Shown piece by piece: positions 39,772 through 52,060 of a stretch of DNA of 60,000 bases (positions are counted from its first letter, which is position 1; every line of letters starts with the position of its first letter). Below the pieces are notes generated by a model, which was given only the letters and a program-made list of their open reading frames with translations, was not told the origin of the DNA and did not search any database. Position numbers and translations under genes: made by a program. Origin of the DNA: Felis catus (Eukaryota); NCBI RefSeq assembly GCF_018350175.1, contig NC_058368.1, positions 49,230,001 to 49,290,000 on the forward strand, written 5' to 3'.

Positions 39772-40309
39772 TGTGGTTGGTAGAATTCTAAGGTCATTCC
39801 CAAGATTCCCATCATCTGGTGTATATGTCTTGTACAATCCCTTCCCCTTTAGTATGTGGAAGGACCAGTGACTTTGATCCTAATGACGGGATAGTCATTC
39901 TTGTGATTTTATTAGGATAAGACTTTAATCTGTCACAGCAGATTAGAAATGGATTCTTAGACCTTACGAACCATGCTAATAATAGACCATATGACTAGAA
40001 CCTGAGGGTGGCCCCTAGAAGTTGAGACTGATTCCCTGCTGACACCAGCAAGAAAATAAGGAACTCAGCCCTGCAACTCAATGGAACTTACTTCTGCCAA
40101 TAACCTGAATGTACTTAGAAAAGGACCCTGAGCTTCAAATGAGAAAACATTCTAGCTGACACCTTCCTTTCAGCCTGGTGAAATCCTGAGCAGAGGATGC
40201 AACCACACTGTTCTCAGACTTTTGACAGAAACAGTGAAGTGATAAATGCATGTCGTTTTAAGAAGATAAGTTTAAGGTAATCTGTTATACAGCATAGAAA
40301 ACTAATACA
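39772..40309 (+). mobile_element. MLT1E-like MaLR solo LTR
   Basis: tgtggttggtagaattctaagg ... gttatacagcatagaaaactaataca; 5-bp TSD agggt / agagt. Confidence 0.9.
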
Positions 40310-40329
40310 AGAGTTCATGGAATAAACAT

Positions 40330-40600
40330 TTGATGGGTTAGTTAGGGATCTACAGTGAGACAGGTGCTAAGTTGGGCATCGTGCACAAATAATCTCATTT
40401 CACCTTCACAATCGTCTGAAGTGGGTTTTGCCATTTCCATTTTGTGGAGTAAATATGTATTTCTCATTATCTAAATGAGGAAAATGGAGACAGAGAGGCT
40501 AAGTGATGCAAAAATGACACACAGCTAGGAAGAGATTAGCCTAAATATAGGACATATCCTGCAATGTCAAGTCCAGTGTAACTTTTACTATACCATATGC
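40330..40600 (-). mobile_element. MIR
   Basis: taatctcatttcaccttcacaa ... aaatgaggaaaatggagacagagaggctaagtga ... acacagctagga. Confidence 0.75.
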
Positions 40601-41879
40601 ACTTGAGAATGTACCCCATCAGTAATGTAAAGTAGCATGAAATGAATTAGTCATCCAAAAGGGAAATAAAGTAGAAAAAGAATGAGGTACCACTTCTGGC
40701 TGGGATGTCCAAGAAATCTGGTGGAAAAGATGAGATTTCAAATGACCCAACGGTGTGTGGAACTTTTTAAGGGGAAAGATAAGCTGAGTAAAGCAGTCTA
40801 GGCAGAGGAAATGGTGAGTGCAAAGCTCTAGGAGTCTAGTTCACAATGCAAACATGTTTAGAAAATTCTTAGTGGCAAACATTGGGAAATGGGCAAGAAA
40901 AGTTAGATGTAGGCAAGTTCATGGAATTATCAGAAAAGTAATATGGCCTTTGAAACCCTTTGAAGAGTGTGTAAGATGAAAATGGCATTTTTAGATACTA
41001 TACATTAATATAATGAGGTAAGAAAGAACATATTAATCTTAGTACTGATGGCATAAGTTTACTTGGTAAGAATGGAAACATGTGTTTTGGAAAAAAAAAA
41101 TATTTGGTTAAATAATTAGTGAAGCATGTAAGTCCTAAGTGGCTAGTATCAGCTGATACCAAGATTCACAGAAGAAAGAAAAGCTCCTTTGCATAAGGCA
41201 AGGAGATAAGTTTTTGTTTGTTTCGAGAAAGAAAAAGGACAAAAGAGAAACATAAAAAAGAATGAAGGGGACCTAGAGATGAGCATAATGGATTATGGTA
41301 CTACTAGTTCAAGTATTTGAAATTAACTCCCATGCTTAACCCCCTATAGTCTCCAAAGGCCATGGATGATAGGAATACAAAAAGGGATATATTTGCAGAT
41401 TGAGATGTGAATAGGTTTTTCAATGACAAGAGTAGTTTGATTGTGAAATCTACAGATTCACAGCAGAGAGCATCTAAAACTTCAGCCCAGTACACACGCA
41501 GTGTGTGGCTAGAGAATTGGATAGGAATTCTGTCCGGGATGGAGAGTGTCTATGCCCAGAACTGTTAGGTATGAAAAGCAAGAGGTTGGGACAAAAGTTG
41601 GGGCAATTAAAAGACTGTTTTAAGAAACAGCTGTACAATCAGGCTCTTTTTTTGAGCTATAATTGTTACATGAGGTCCCTCTCCCTCCAAAAAAAAAAAT
41701 CCTTAGGAAAATTCTTGAGACAACTAAACCATTTGCTGCAGTATGGGTAGAGTTAAGAGTTCACCCATCAAATTAAAATGAAGCCTCCAGTTGGACTGTC
41801 CCATCCATTCATCCTTTTCATTCAGAAAAGTGGCTTACTGGAGCAGGAAACCCACACATACCAGCTACATAATTAATCA

Positions 41880-43620
41880 ACGCAGTCTTTCATTTGTTAT
41901 TACAGATGGAAAAAACAAAACTCACCAGACATTTGAGAAAAATAAATAGCACCAAAGAGAGGGACCAAAATGAACAATTTACTCCAGAAATAATTAACAG
42001 ATCAGAGCTTTCCACAAATACTTATTAATGAATTCAGTGAGATCCAAGAATATATTACATCTCTAAAATATAATAGGCTACTGCAAAAAAAAAAGGAAAA
42101 GAAAACTAATAGGAAATGACAGTCAGTGTTCTTACAAATTGAAAAACACTGGACTTCTGTTCCTGCTTAAGATATAGAAATCAGCAAGAGTATGTTCTCA
42201 TGCTACCACGAACAAGCCAGGTAATCTAAAAATTTCTATTTTTTCTAGTCCCTTAGGTAGCTGCGATTACAAGGTAACTTGCAAACTGAAATCCAAAGTG
42301 TAAGAAGTCCCTTGGAGGAGAGAGGGAACACACAACTCTTTCCCTTTGCCTAGAACAAAGAGAATAAGAGTTGGCCACCATAGAAGCAGGTAAGAAAAAA
42401 GGTGAAATGTTAACAAATCCTTTGAGACTGAATGTGAGTGAATACGACAGTTCAGAATTCCCAGAGTTCCAGACACAAGAAGAGTCTGTGTCCTTGGCAG
42501 AAGCTTTCCCACAGTTCTCCACTGAGTTCTGGAAGGAATAATGGAGCCTGGCTGGAAGAACTGAGAGGGACCAATTTACTTGTGTGGGAATTTAGGGCTT
42601 GCCTACATATGAGGTTGGAACAGGAAAATCTAGAGAAAATCCTATCTTGTACTCCACACTCTGCAAAAGAACAAGGTAGTGGTCACCTGCCACTGAAGGA
42701 CTATCAGGAAACCTATTCACTCACTCTACCCTATACTGATATCACCAGAAGAAGCCTCCTAACCCTGGGTGGGGGGGGGGGGAGTGGGCAGGAAATCCAC
42801 TCCTACTCATCTTGCACAGATACAAGATAGAGGTTTTCACTGCTAGGCTGGGGCAGGAGTGCTGACAGAGCCTCATCTCTGAGGGTCAGACTCCTAAGAC
42901 CTGCCAAAAACTGAGGTAGGAGCAGGGAAGTGAGAACTCTCTAGTACCAGGCACCACAAGTCTGCCTCCGGAGGGAGCAAGAATGTAGACAGACACCCTC
43001 TTTGCAGTACAGAATGGGCCCTCTGAAAGCTGCCAGTAGAGTGGAAATACTGAGAGAAACTTCTGGAAATTCAAGTCTCACACTAAAAATAAAGTAGCAG
43101 CAGAAGGAATTAAAAACCTGTGGTGCCTCTGGGCTTTTCAAAACGGGGGGAGTAAAAATGTAATAGAAAAAATATGAGAGAAAGTTAAGAGATACAGAGA
43201 ATCATTTCACAAGTTTCAATCTCCATAAAATCAGAGTTCTTAAAAAAGAGAACAAAGACATGATTAGAGAAGTAATAGATGATGACTTTCCAGTGCAGAA
43301 GCAAATCAGGACTCTATAGATGGACATTACCAGTGCCTATGGGGATAAGTGAAAAAAGAACCCAACCTAGACAGATCTTGGTAAAACATCGGAATGCAAG
43401 GGACAAAAGGAAGAACCTTAAACATCCAGAGAAAAAATAAGGTCACCTGCAAAAGTAAAAGAATCAGATGGGTTTTAGAATTTAAATCAGCAATACTGAA
43501 TGTCAGAGGACAGTGAGACAATGTATTCAGGGTTTTAAAAATTGTTTTGAACTAATTCTATGCCAACCAAACTAACCAAGTGTGAGTTGAAAGAAAACCA
43601 ACAAGATGGTCTCAAATATG
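41880..43620 (+). mobile_element. HAL1/old L1 ORF1-like fossil, interrupted at ~42150-43135
   Basis: aagaatcagatgg..ttagaattt..atcagcaatactgaatgtcagaggacagtgagacaatg...ttctatgccaaccaaactaaccaagtgtgag is the ORF1 C-terminal region typical of HAL1/L1M. Confidence 0.7.
42150..43135 (+). mobile_element. Probable old L1 5' UTR fragment nested in HAL1
   Basis: Starts ggacttctgttcctgcttaagat; purine/GC-richer than flanks; ends ggaattaaaaacctgtggtgc as in L1M 5' ends. Confidence 0.5.
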
Positions 43621-43639
43621 GTGGACATTCTTCCTATAA

Positions 43640-45175
43640 CTTGCCAAGTTTTCACTATAAATGGGTACCATATATACTAGTAGTTGTTGCCAACATTAAG
43701 AATCACACAGTGGCCCCTTATCTGCCTTCTGGGAGGTTTTACTTTGTCAATTATTCTTCATGGCCCCTTCTGGGGTTCTGGAGTGGTTGTTGGGTCTATG
43801 CCTCTCACAGGACCCTCAGAGTTTGCAGCCCACTTCTTCCCCATGCAAGTTTGGGGATATGAGAGTTGTTTTAGACCAGGGTTTCTCAATTGGTAAAGTA
43901 GAGTAACATTTTTGGGTTGCAGAATTCTTTGTTGTGGGGAGATTTCCCATGTATTTTAGGATATTTGGCAGTAATTCTGCCTTCTATATACTAGTAGTGA
44001 CAATCCCTCAGTAGTGACAATCAAAACTATATTCAGACATTTCCAAATGTTCCCTGGGAGGCAAAATTGTCCCTTTTTGAGAATCACTGTCTTAGGAGGT
44101 TAATAGCTTTTCCCATGGGATTTGCAGTCTCTTTGGCAATAAATTTCTTTCAAAAATATGTAAACTATTGATCTATTTGTTATCAGTCATTTTCAGACAC
44201 TAGTAATCATGCAATAAACTTAAAGTTTATTCCTAGACATAATTTTCATGCTTGATTTCTTGACTACCCTGGGGCCATTAAGCTGGAGTGGGAAGGCAAT
44301 ACCTGAATCCTAATAAGCAACAGTGGATCGAAGACCCTTTTAATATTATGTCCTACAATTTGTATTCTAGAAAATAGTTGGCTTTTCCATTCTTTTGTGG
44401 CGTCCAACTTCTGGATTCTATTTCCTTTCATTTCTGTTTGCAAACTAGCCAATTCTTATCTAAACTCATCTCATTCTTGTAATACCTTAGCCAATAGCAG
44501 CCAACACAGATGTTCATTCTGACTCTTACCAACCACTTCCTGAAAGTTTCAGGCTCAGTTGGCATATGGTCTCTTTCAAAGTGGTCATAAATAACAGTTT
44601 ACCATAATTGCTCCCACTGTATAACAGGTCTTTATAGGGTTCCAGCTTTCAGTTTGATTTTGTGCAATCTGCCATCCAACCACTAAGTCACATATTTTAG
44701 GATTTGCATTTCTGCACCATCTCACATCAAGGTACCAGTTTCTTCATTAGTCAGTGTAGATTAAATGCTCTAATAAGCAGTCCCCAAATCCCTGTGGCTT
44801 AGCATAATACACCTTTACTTCTTCCTCATATTATATTCCAGTTTGATTCAGTGTGTATGGGATATGTGTTCTACTCTGTCACTCAGGCATGCAGGATTCT
44901 TCCATCTTGTTGTTTTTTTTTTTTCTCTCCCAGGTCTTCAGAATATTCTGGTCTTCTCAATTTAGTTGGTGACTAAGAGAGAGAGGGTTGCATATAGGAA
45001 AATGTTTGTGCACCAATTCCCCAAGCGGGCATATTACTTCTGTCCCTGTCCTATTAGACACAACTCTAACAGATGTCTTTCTTACTGCAAGGAGCCTGGA
45101 AATGTAATAGCTACACACAAAGAAAAGGAGAACATGTATACATGAATACTGGAAGCACTAGCCATTTCTGTCACT
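43640..45175 (-). mobile_element. MLT1J-like MaLR internal sequence plus LTR (~44745-45175)
   Basis: Junction aaggtaccagtttc|ttcattagtcag; ccccaaatccctgtggcttagca; attacttctgtccc; actgcaaggagcctggaaatgta; ctagccatttctgtcac. Confidence 0.75.
43877..44089 (-). mobile_element. MER20 hAT-Charlie MITE
   Basis: cagggtttctcaa ... aattctttgttgtgggg ... cagacatttccaaatgttccctgggaggcaaaattg ... ttgagaatcactg. Confidence 0.92.
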
Positions 45176-45274
45176 AAGTCTAAAGAAAAATAGAAATTCA
45201 GAGGGCTCTAAGACAAATAGATTTTAAAAGATTTTAGTGGATTTAAACTCAACAAATTATTTGAGAAGCTGGAA

Positions 45275-45784
45275 ATCTTACTAATATATGTTATATAGCA
45301 TAATATTCGAAAAATATATATTTATTTAATATAGTAATATATTAGAAAGTATATTTTTATTTCCTGTCTTGGTATATAAATAGATATAGATGTAGATACA
45401 GATATAGATATAGCTATAGATTTAGATATATATCTATATATCTATATATATAGATAGATAGATAGATAGATATACATATATATGGTATTTAGATATAGGA
45501 GAAGTGTATGTATATATATATATGTGTATACATATATGTGTATGTATATGTATTAGTATATCTTACTAATATATGTTATATAGCATTATATTCTAAAAGT
45601 ATATATTTATTTAATATAGTAATATATTAGAAAGTATATATTTATTTCCTGTCTTGGTATATAAATAGATATAGATGTAGATACAGATATAGATATAGCT
45701 ATAGATATATATATCTATATGTGTATATAGATATATATATATACACACACATATATATGGTATTTAGATATAGGAGAAGTGTAT

Positions 45785-45824
<40 letters not shown>

Positions 45825-45848
45825 GTTTATGTATATGTGTATATACAT
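45275..45848 (+). repeat. Tandem duplication, period 285 bp, AT/TA-rich
   Basis: atcttactaatatatgttatatagca...tttcctgtcttggtatataaatagatatagatgtagatacag...ggtatttagatataggagaagtgtatg starts at 45275 and again at 45560. Confidence 0.95.
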
Positions 45849-45885
45849 AACACTTCTCCTATATCTAAAGTCACTAGATTTTAAG

Positions 45886-45966
45886 GTGTATATATATATA
45901 CACACTTATATATATATATATAAGTATATATACACATATATATAAGTATACATATAAGTGTATAGA

Positions 45967-46001
<35 letters not shown>

Positions 46002-46060
46002 CCTTATATATATATATACATATGAGTGTATAGAGGCACCTGGGTGTGTGTGTGTGTGTG

Positions 46061-46096
<36 letters not shown>
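45886..46096. repeat. Complex (TA)n/(TG)n/(CA)n low-complexity tract
   Basis: Directly visible. Confidence 0.95.
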
Positions 46097-46099
<3 letters not shown>

Positions 46100-46273
46100 C
46101 TCCTATATCTAAATACTAGGATATTCATCACTCTGAACACCTCTGTATCTTTTATTCACTTTGGTTTTCTGAATTCATATATAGAATATTCTTTTATATT
46201 GTCAAAATAGTAAAATCTTTAGATTCTACTTTATAATTAAGTCTTCTGTATCTTTTTCTACAGAGTACAAATA

Positions 46274-46502
46274 TTTTTAAAAAATTTTGTAATGCTTATT
46301 TATTTTGAGGGAGAGAGAGAGAGAGAGACACAGAGTGTGAGTGGGGGAGGGGCAGAGAGAGAGGGAGACACAGAATTCAAAGCAGGATCCAGGCTCTGAG
46401 CTGTCAGCACAGAGCCCAATGCAGGGCTTAAACTCATGAACCGTGAGATCATGACCTGAGCCACAGTTGGATGTTTAACCGCCTGAGCCACCCAGGCACC
46501 CC
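46274..46502 (-). mobile_element. Full-length CanSINE
   Basis: TSD agagtacaaatatttt (46262-46277) / agagtacaaacatttt (46504-46519). Confidence 0.96.
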
Positions 46503-46914
46503 TAGAGTACAAACATTTTAAAGCAAATGATTTCGTATACTATATCATTATGTAAGCAGTATTCACAGTGGGTGGTGAGATTAGGATGTGTTGAGGACAG
46601 TACCTTCCTATATCTCTAAACTCGGGCCACACAAAGGACAGTTTTCAAATATCAAGGGCAAAGAGGTTTTCTTTTTGTTCATCCCATCAACTTCTTGAAA
46701 TCACGTAGACAATAACTTGTTTTATTTTTAGAATAAAATCAATTTGTACAGTTATTTTTTTCTATCCTCAAGCTCCCAGTTTTATTGCTATGCAATTTTT
46801 TCCTAGCCTATTTTGTTCCTGTTATTTTTCTGTTGTTTTATTCTTATTTTTTTGTATATATATTCTCCTGAGAAGAGAAAGAAATATATATTTATATATT
46901 AATACCAGGAGGTG

Positions 46915-47012
46915 GGAGACTGCTTCGGATTCTATGTCTCCCTCTCTCTCTGTTCCTCCCCAGCTAACGCTCTGTCTCTCTCTCTCGAAAATAAACATTA
47001 CAAAAATTTTTT
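46915..47012 (+). mobile_element. CanSINE 3' half (duplicated copy of the 46274-46502 element)
   Basis: ctgcttcggattctatgtctccctctctctctg...; shares unique tail and downstream flank with the upstream SINE. Confidence 0.9.
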
Positions 47013-48489
47013 AAAATATTTGTATTCTATAGAAAAAAATACAGAAGATCTAATTATAGTTATAAAGTAGAATCTGAAAATTTTACTATTTTGAGAATGT
47101 AAAAGAATATTCTATATATGAATTCAGAAAACCAAAGTGAACAAAGATACAGAGGTGTTCAGAGTGATGAATACCCTGGTATTTAGATATAGGAGAAATT
47201 ACCACAGTTAAAACTAAAAGAGAAGAACAGGGCCAATGGCACTTGCTCCAAACATTGTCACTCCTAATTGTTGTTATACTACTGTGAATATTATGATGTC
47301 TGGAAAAGTTTCCCAAAGATGTTTCTCTATAGTGTTTTGTTTATTGATAATTATCTGCTATTACTTGAATTTAGAAAATCCAGGACTATTGTGAAAAGTA
47401 GGCAATTTTTCCACCAATTACCGCTTTGTGTGAAAATGGGGCTAGTTACTGGGAGATAGTAATAGCATTAGATTAGAACTACCTTTGTGAAAGCCTCACT
47501 CTGTAGGGCTCCTTCTATAGTTCAGATAATGTATCCTAGTTATTAGGGGTCTGAGGCTTATCAAAAGAGATGGAATTAATCATGCTGGGTTGTTTGATAT
47601 GTTTTGGAGAATGGACATGACTCCACTAAAATGAAAAAGGCAAAATAATTTTCTGAGGGCTTTTGAATGCTAAGGTTACCCTCCTATTCCCCCTATCGTC
47701 CATCTCCAGATTAAAGCTTGGAGCAATCACCAGATTTTAAAGGGGGGGGGGGAGATGGGTGGAGGCAGTCTGCACCTGGAAACCATTTTCTTGATTTGTG
47801 CTGGCTGGAGTCCTGGAGATATAACAGCAAGTATGCCTCTCTGGGATTTCTTTGAAATCTAGGCAGGATGATTTGTCTGAAGGGAGAAATTGGGGAATAA
47901 GGGGTGGAGAAAAATTCATTCCTGGTTGCCACATTGTTGTTCTGCAGTGGAGGAACTGGCCTGAGTTGGGTTTGAGTTGAAAGGAAATCAACAAGGCAGC
48001 CTCAAGTATGCAGGAATTTGCTGCCCCGAACTTGCCAATTTTTCAAACATAACTGGCTATTGTATCCACTGTAGGGGGTTGCCAACATCAAGGCTTACGT
48101 GTTCTATGTTGAAGATCTTTCCAATAGCTGCACAAATTACAATGTGTTTTCATCTGCTTTAGCACAAAGAACGACAAATGATTAGTTCTTTGCTTACATT
48201 ACCTGAAAATGCACAGTAATAAATTTGCTTGTGAAATTCCCTTTGTTGTGTCATTAGGCATTCCTATATTTGATAGTTTTTTTTTCTATTTGTACAAACT
48301 AGTAAGCTGCAAAATGTGAAATGTACTTTGCCCAAGAAGGACAGAAATGCAACAGAATAAAAAATGATATTCTTATTTTATATGAATGTTTTTCATACAA
48401 TTTTACATAATATTAGTGTTGAGTTTGTACTCCTATGATCTGATTCCCATGCAGTGCAAAGCTGTACAGGGCACCAACTATGATAAAAA

Positions 48490-48940
48490 CAATAATATGT
48501 TTTGAAATGCCTACTGTGTGCTAGGAACTTTATACACATTCTTTCTTTTTTTAGAAAAGTTTATTTATTTTGAGAGAGAGGGAGAGAGTGAGAGAGACAG
48601 AGAGTAGGGGAGGGGCAGAGAGAGACAGAGAGAGAGAATCCCAAACAAGCTCCACACTGTCAGTGCAGAAGCCCAAAGCTGGACTCCATCTCACGAACTG
48701 TGATATCATGACTTGAGCCTAAATCAAGAGTCAGATGCTTAACCAACTGAGCAACCCAGGTGCCTCTATACAAATTATTTCTAATTCTAACAATAACACT
48801 GTGCATACAGGTACTAACAATTGTAATTTAATGAGGAGACAACAAGGAGAAGCTAATGGAGTCCCCAAGGCTATGCAGATAGTAAATGGTTGCTCCCAGA
48901 CTTGCACTTTGGACTCAGACCTCAGACCTCATGCTCTTTA
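48490..48940 (-). mobile_element. MIR split by a CanSINE
   Basis: atgcctactgtgtgctagg...tttatacacatt | atttctaattctaacaataac...cccaaggctatgcagatagtaaatgg. Confidence 0.7.
48542..48766 (-). mobile_element. CanSINE
   Basis: SINE body, T tail, TSD tatacacattctt / tatacaaattatt. Confidence 0.95.
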
Positions 48941-49034
48941 GAGCAGGCCTGCTTATTATGCATCATTTTACAAATTTCCACTTCCCTTTAGAGGAACAAA
49001 TTTTGGACCAAACATCATTTGTTGTTCTCATGCA

Positions 49035-49215
49035 AAAGAGGCTACATGTCCTGATGCTTGGATCCAGAAGACCAGGGTTTGAATTGTGACTCTACATCAG
49101 GATCTTGTAACCTTGGACAAGACTCTTACTATGTAGGACATCGAATTTCTGTATCTGCAAAATGAATGCAATAAATACACCTATGATATAAGACCACTGT
49201 TCAGATTAAAATAGA
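49035..49215 (+). mobile_element. MIR fragment
   Basis: ccagaagaccagggtttgaatt...tgtaaccttggacaag...tttctgtatctgcaaaatg. Confidence 0.7.
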
Positions 49216-49419
49216 GAGGGAAAAATTCAATTACTCTACTAACTAGTAATTCTATGAACTTAGAGAAGAAAACTCTATCCAAAGAAATAACAAATAGTCA
49301 ATATAAACCAAGATTTCTTTATCCTCTCTTTCCATATACAGTCCAACATTTATAGGCCTCTATATACTTTACCTTATTTCTCTTTTCTCCAAATTTTCAG
49401 TTAAATATTTAATTAGAAA

Positions 49420-49870
49420 ATAGCCAAATTATGGAAAGAGCCTAAGTGTCCATCAACTGATGAATGGATAAAGAAATTGTGGTTTATATACACAATGGAA
49501 TACTACATGGCAATGAGAAAGAATGAAATCTGGCCTTTTGTAGCAACACGGATGGAACTGGAGACTGTTTTGCTAAGTGAAATAAGTCATAGAGAGAAAG
49601 ACAGATACCATATGTTTTCACTCTTATGTGGATCCTGAGAAACTTAACAGAAGACCATGGGGGAGGGGAAGGGAAAAAAAAAGTTAGAGAGGGAGGTAGG
49701 CAAACCATAAGAGACCCTTAAAACTGAGAACAAACTGAGGGTTGATGGGGGGTGGGAGGGAGGGAAGGGTGGGTGATGGGCATTGAGGAGGGCACCTGTT
49801 GGGATGAACACTGGGTGTTGTATGGAAACCAATTTGACAATAAATTTCATACTAAAAAAAAAGAAAAAAG
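49420..49870 (+). mobile_element. 5'-truncated young felid L1 (L1_Fc-like): ORF2 C-terminus, 3' UTR, A tail
   Basis: 49420-49638 is open: IAKLWKEPKCPSTDEWIKKLWFIYTMEYYMAMRKNEIWPFVATRMELETVLLSEISHREKDRYHMFSLLCGS*; ends gtatggaaaccaatttgacaataaatttcat + A tail. Confidence 0.97.
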
Positions 49871-49909
49871 AAAATTAATTCCTTTGTTGATACAATCAGT
49901 AGCAGATCT

Positions 49910-50330
49910 GTACATTTGTTCATTCTTCCATTTTTAAACTTATTTATTGAGCAGACACTATGTGCTAAACCCAGGGTTAACCACTAGAAATATGGGTATA
50001 AAAGACCCAGTTTCTGTCCTCAAGAAGTTTATCTTCTGGTGGGGAATAGAAGAAAGCAACTGTCTATATTCCAGGGTCACATTTGCTGGGTCTAAATAGT
50101 GCACTGTGTCAGCCCTACACAGAGATTGGCTGGCTCCTAAGAGCTGATACCTAAGATGATATGTGAAGGATGAGTGGGAGTAAATCAGGCAAAGAAGGTG
50201 AAGGAGAGGCAGAGGGCATCACAGAGCGAGAGAGAGTGTGCACAAAGGCGCGGCACCATTAAAATGCAGGACACTCACCATTAACTGCAAGTAGTTCAGG
50301 CTGGTGCAAGCACAGGGCACAAAGACAAGT
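49910..50330 (-). mobile_element. L2 fragment
   Basis: tatttattgagcagacactatgtgcta...tttctgtcctcaagaagttta...tgaaggatgagtgggagt. Confidence 0.75.
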
Positions 50331-50829
50331 GACAGCAAGTCTAAACAGGTAAGCTCAAGCTCCAAGGACCCAAATTATTAAGTCCACAGTTAATATTTTG
50401 TGCTCAAAAAAGAATATGCTCCAAAGAGAATAGGTGAGCAAGGGTAAATGTGAAGGGACATAAGTGGCGAGGGTTTCCTGAGTATTCTAATCAGGGAGCC
50501 ATTCTAACATGGTATGCCACTGTTGAATTGTGGCATGCCCACTGTCCATGCCATCAGTTGGATAAGTTAGATGGCAGCAATTTTACAAAACAAGATACAC
50601 AGAGTTTAGTAAAAAGGAAATTAATAGTAGAAAATACACATAGTGGGTTTCATACCTATTGATTTAAAGGGTGAGAACAAATTTTCCTTTAATGAATGGA
50701 AAATATTGCTGATTAGGCTAGCTAACAGCAAGGATCTTTGCTACAAGTTTATGTAATTTTTATTAGATAAGCTCTTCCAGGTTCAATGATGTCACCATGG
50801 TTTACCTATATCAAAAAATAAATACTACA

Positions 50830-51024
50830 AGGTGACCTGGGGCTCAGTCAATTGAGAGTCCAACTTCAGCTCAGGTCATTATCTCCCAGTTCCTAAGTTC
50901 AAGCCCCACATCAGGCTTACTTCTGTCAGCACAAAGCCTGCTTCACATCCTCCATCCCCATCTCTCTACCCTTCCCCTACTTGCAATCTCACAAACATTT
51001 TTTTTAAATAATAATAAAAAAAAA
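50830..51024 (+). mobile_element. CanSINE, diverged
   Basis: cctggggctcagtcaattgagagtccaacttcagctcaggtc...; TSD aaaatactaca at 50819-50829 and 51021-51031. Confidence 0.92.
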
Positions 51025-51619
51025 TACTACAGAAGAGAGGCCAGGGAGAGTAGTGACAAGAAATTGCCTTTTTCAAACATTCATGGTCTCTTGTACCTGC
51101 CTAGTTGAAACATGTAATTTCTCAAAGCTTGAGTACCCCTAACTTCTGGCTCAAGGTACATGAGGCCTTGATTTACCCAAAGTAAAAATGTAGTGCAATT
51201 AAAAGGAATCATTTTTTCTGAAAATTTCCCTGTGGATCAAGGTTCCCAGCCTAAGCCTAAATTTGCTCACTTAGAATTCAGTTGTGTCTATCAGTCCATT
51301 AGGTACCCTTCCACAAGGAGACTATTTGTGTGGGGCAATGGGTGTGGTAGCCTTTGAAAAAGAATGAATCCCAAGGAGGAAATAAGTCCTACTGAATATC
51401 ATTGTAACAGTCTGCAGAGGCTAAGAACAAAGTAAAAGAATACTTCTAACTCACATGGTCTTTCAGTTCAGACACGTGGATTTCTGACAGAAATGGGATT
51501 GGGGTTAGGATGGGTCACTAAAAGTAAAAATTGAAAGAACTGTTTGCATAAACATCATCTTGATGCCTTGGGAACACAAGGTGGCACTGATTTGGCACTT
51601 AAGAGCCAAGTAAACTGAT

Positions 51620-52060
51620 ATTCAGACTTTTTACCATGTGCTATGTACTGTTCCAAGCATATTTAAAAAAATAATAATGTTTATTTATTTTTGAGAGAGA
51701 GGGACAGAATGTGAGCAGGGGAGGAGCAGAGAGAAGACGACACAGAACCTGAAGCAGACTCCAGGCTCTGAGTTGTCAGCACAGAGCCCAACATGGTGCC
51801 TGAACCCACAAACTGTGAAATCATGACCTGAGACGAAGTTGGACGCTTAAACAATTAAGCCATCCAGGTGCCCCTCAAGCCTATTTTAAATTACTGAATT
51901 CTCTCGACAACCTTATGAGAAAAGTATTGTTTTTATTTACAACATTTTAAGTAAATTGCAACATACAGAGGTTAAGAAACTTGTCCAAGGTCACATAGCA
52001 AGTAAGTAGGAAAGCTGGGTTTTGAACCCAGTCACTTAGCCTCCAAAGCCTATGCTGTGC
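51620..52060 (-). mobile_element. MIR split by a CanSINE
   Basis: ttaccatgtgc...tgttccaagc | acaaccttatgag...cagaggttaagaaacttgtccaaggtcacatagc...gctgggttttgaaccca. Confidence 0.8.
51662..51874 (-). mobile_element. CanSINE
   Basis: SINE body; TSD caagcatattt / caagcctattt. Confidence 0.95.

Larger units (their letters stand above)
46097..47197. repeat. Long inverted repeat: arms 46097-46385 and 46920-47197, spacer ~530 bp
   Basis: ttctcctatatctaaatactaggatattcatcactctgaacacctctgtatct... is the reverse complement of ...agatacagaggtgttcagagtgatgaataccctggtatttagatataggagaa, alignable over the full arm. Confidence 0.95.

Noticed and set aside
42438..42830. 130-aa ORF
   Set aside because: Lies within a probable old L1 5' UTR fragment; no known motif
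45275..47197. Recurrent ~20-bp motif as a CRISPR-like array
   Set aside because: Mixed orientations, irregular microsatellite spacers, eukaryotic context and no cas genes; explained by duplication
49745..49780. G-quadruplex motif
   Set aside because: Standard G-rich tract of L1 3' UTRs, not locus specific
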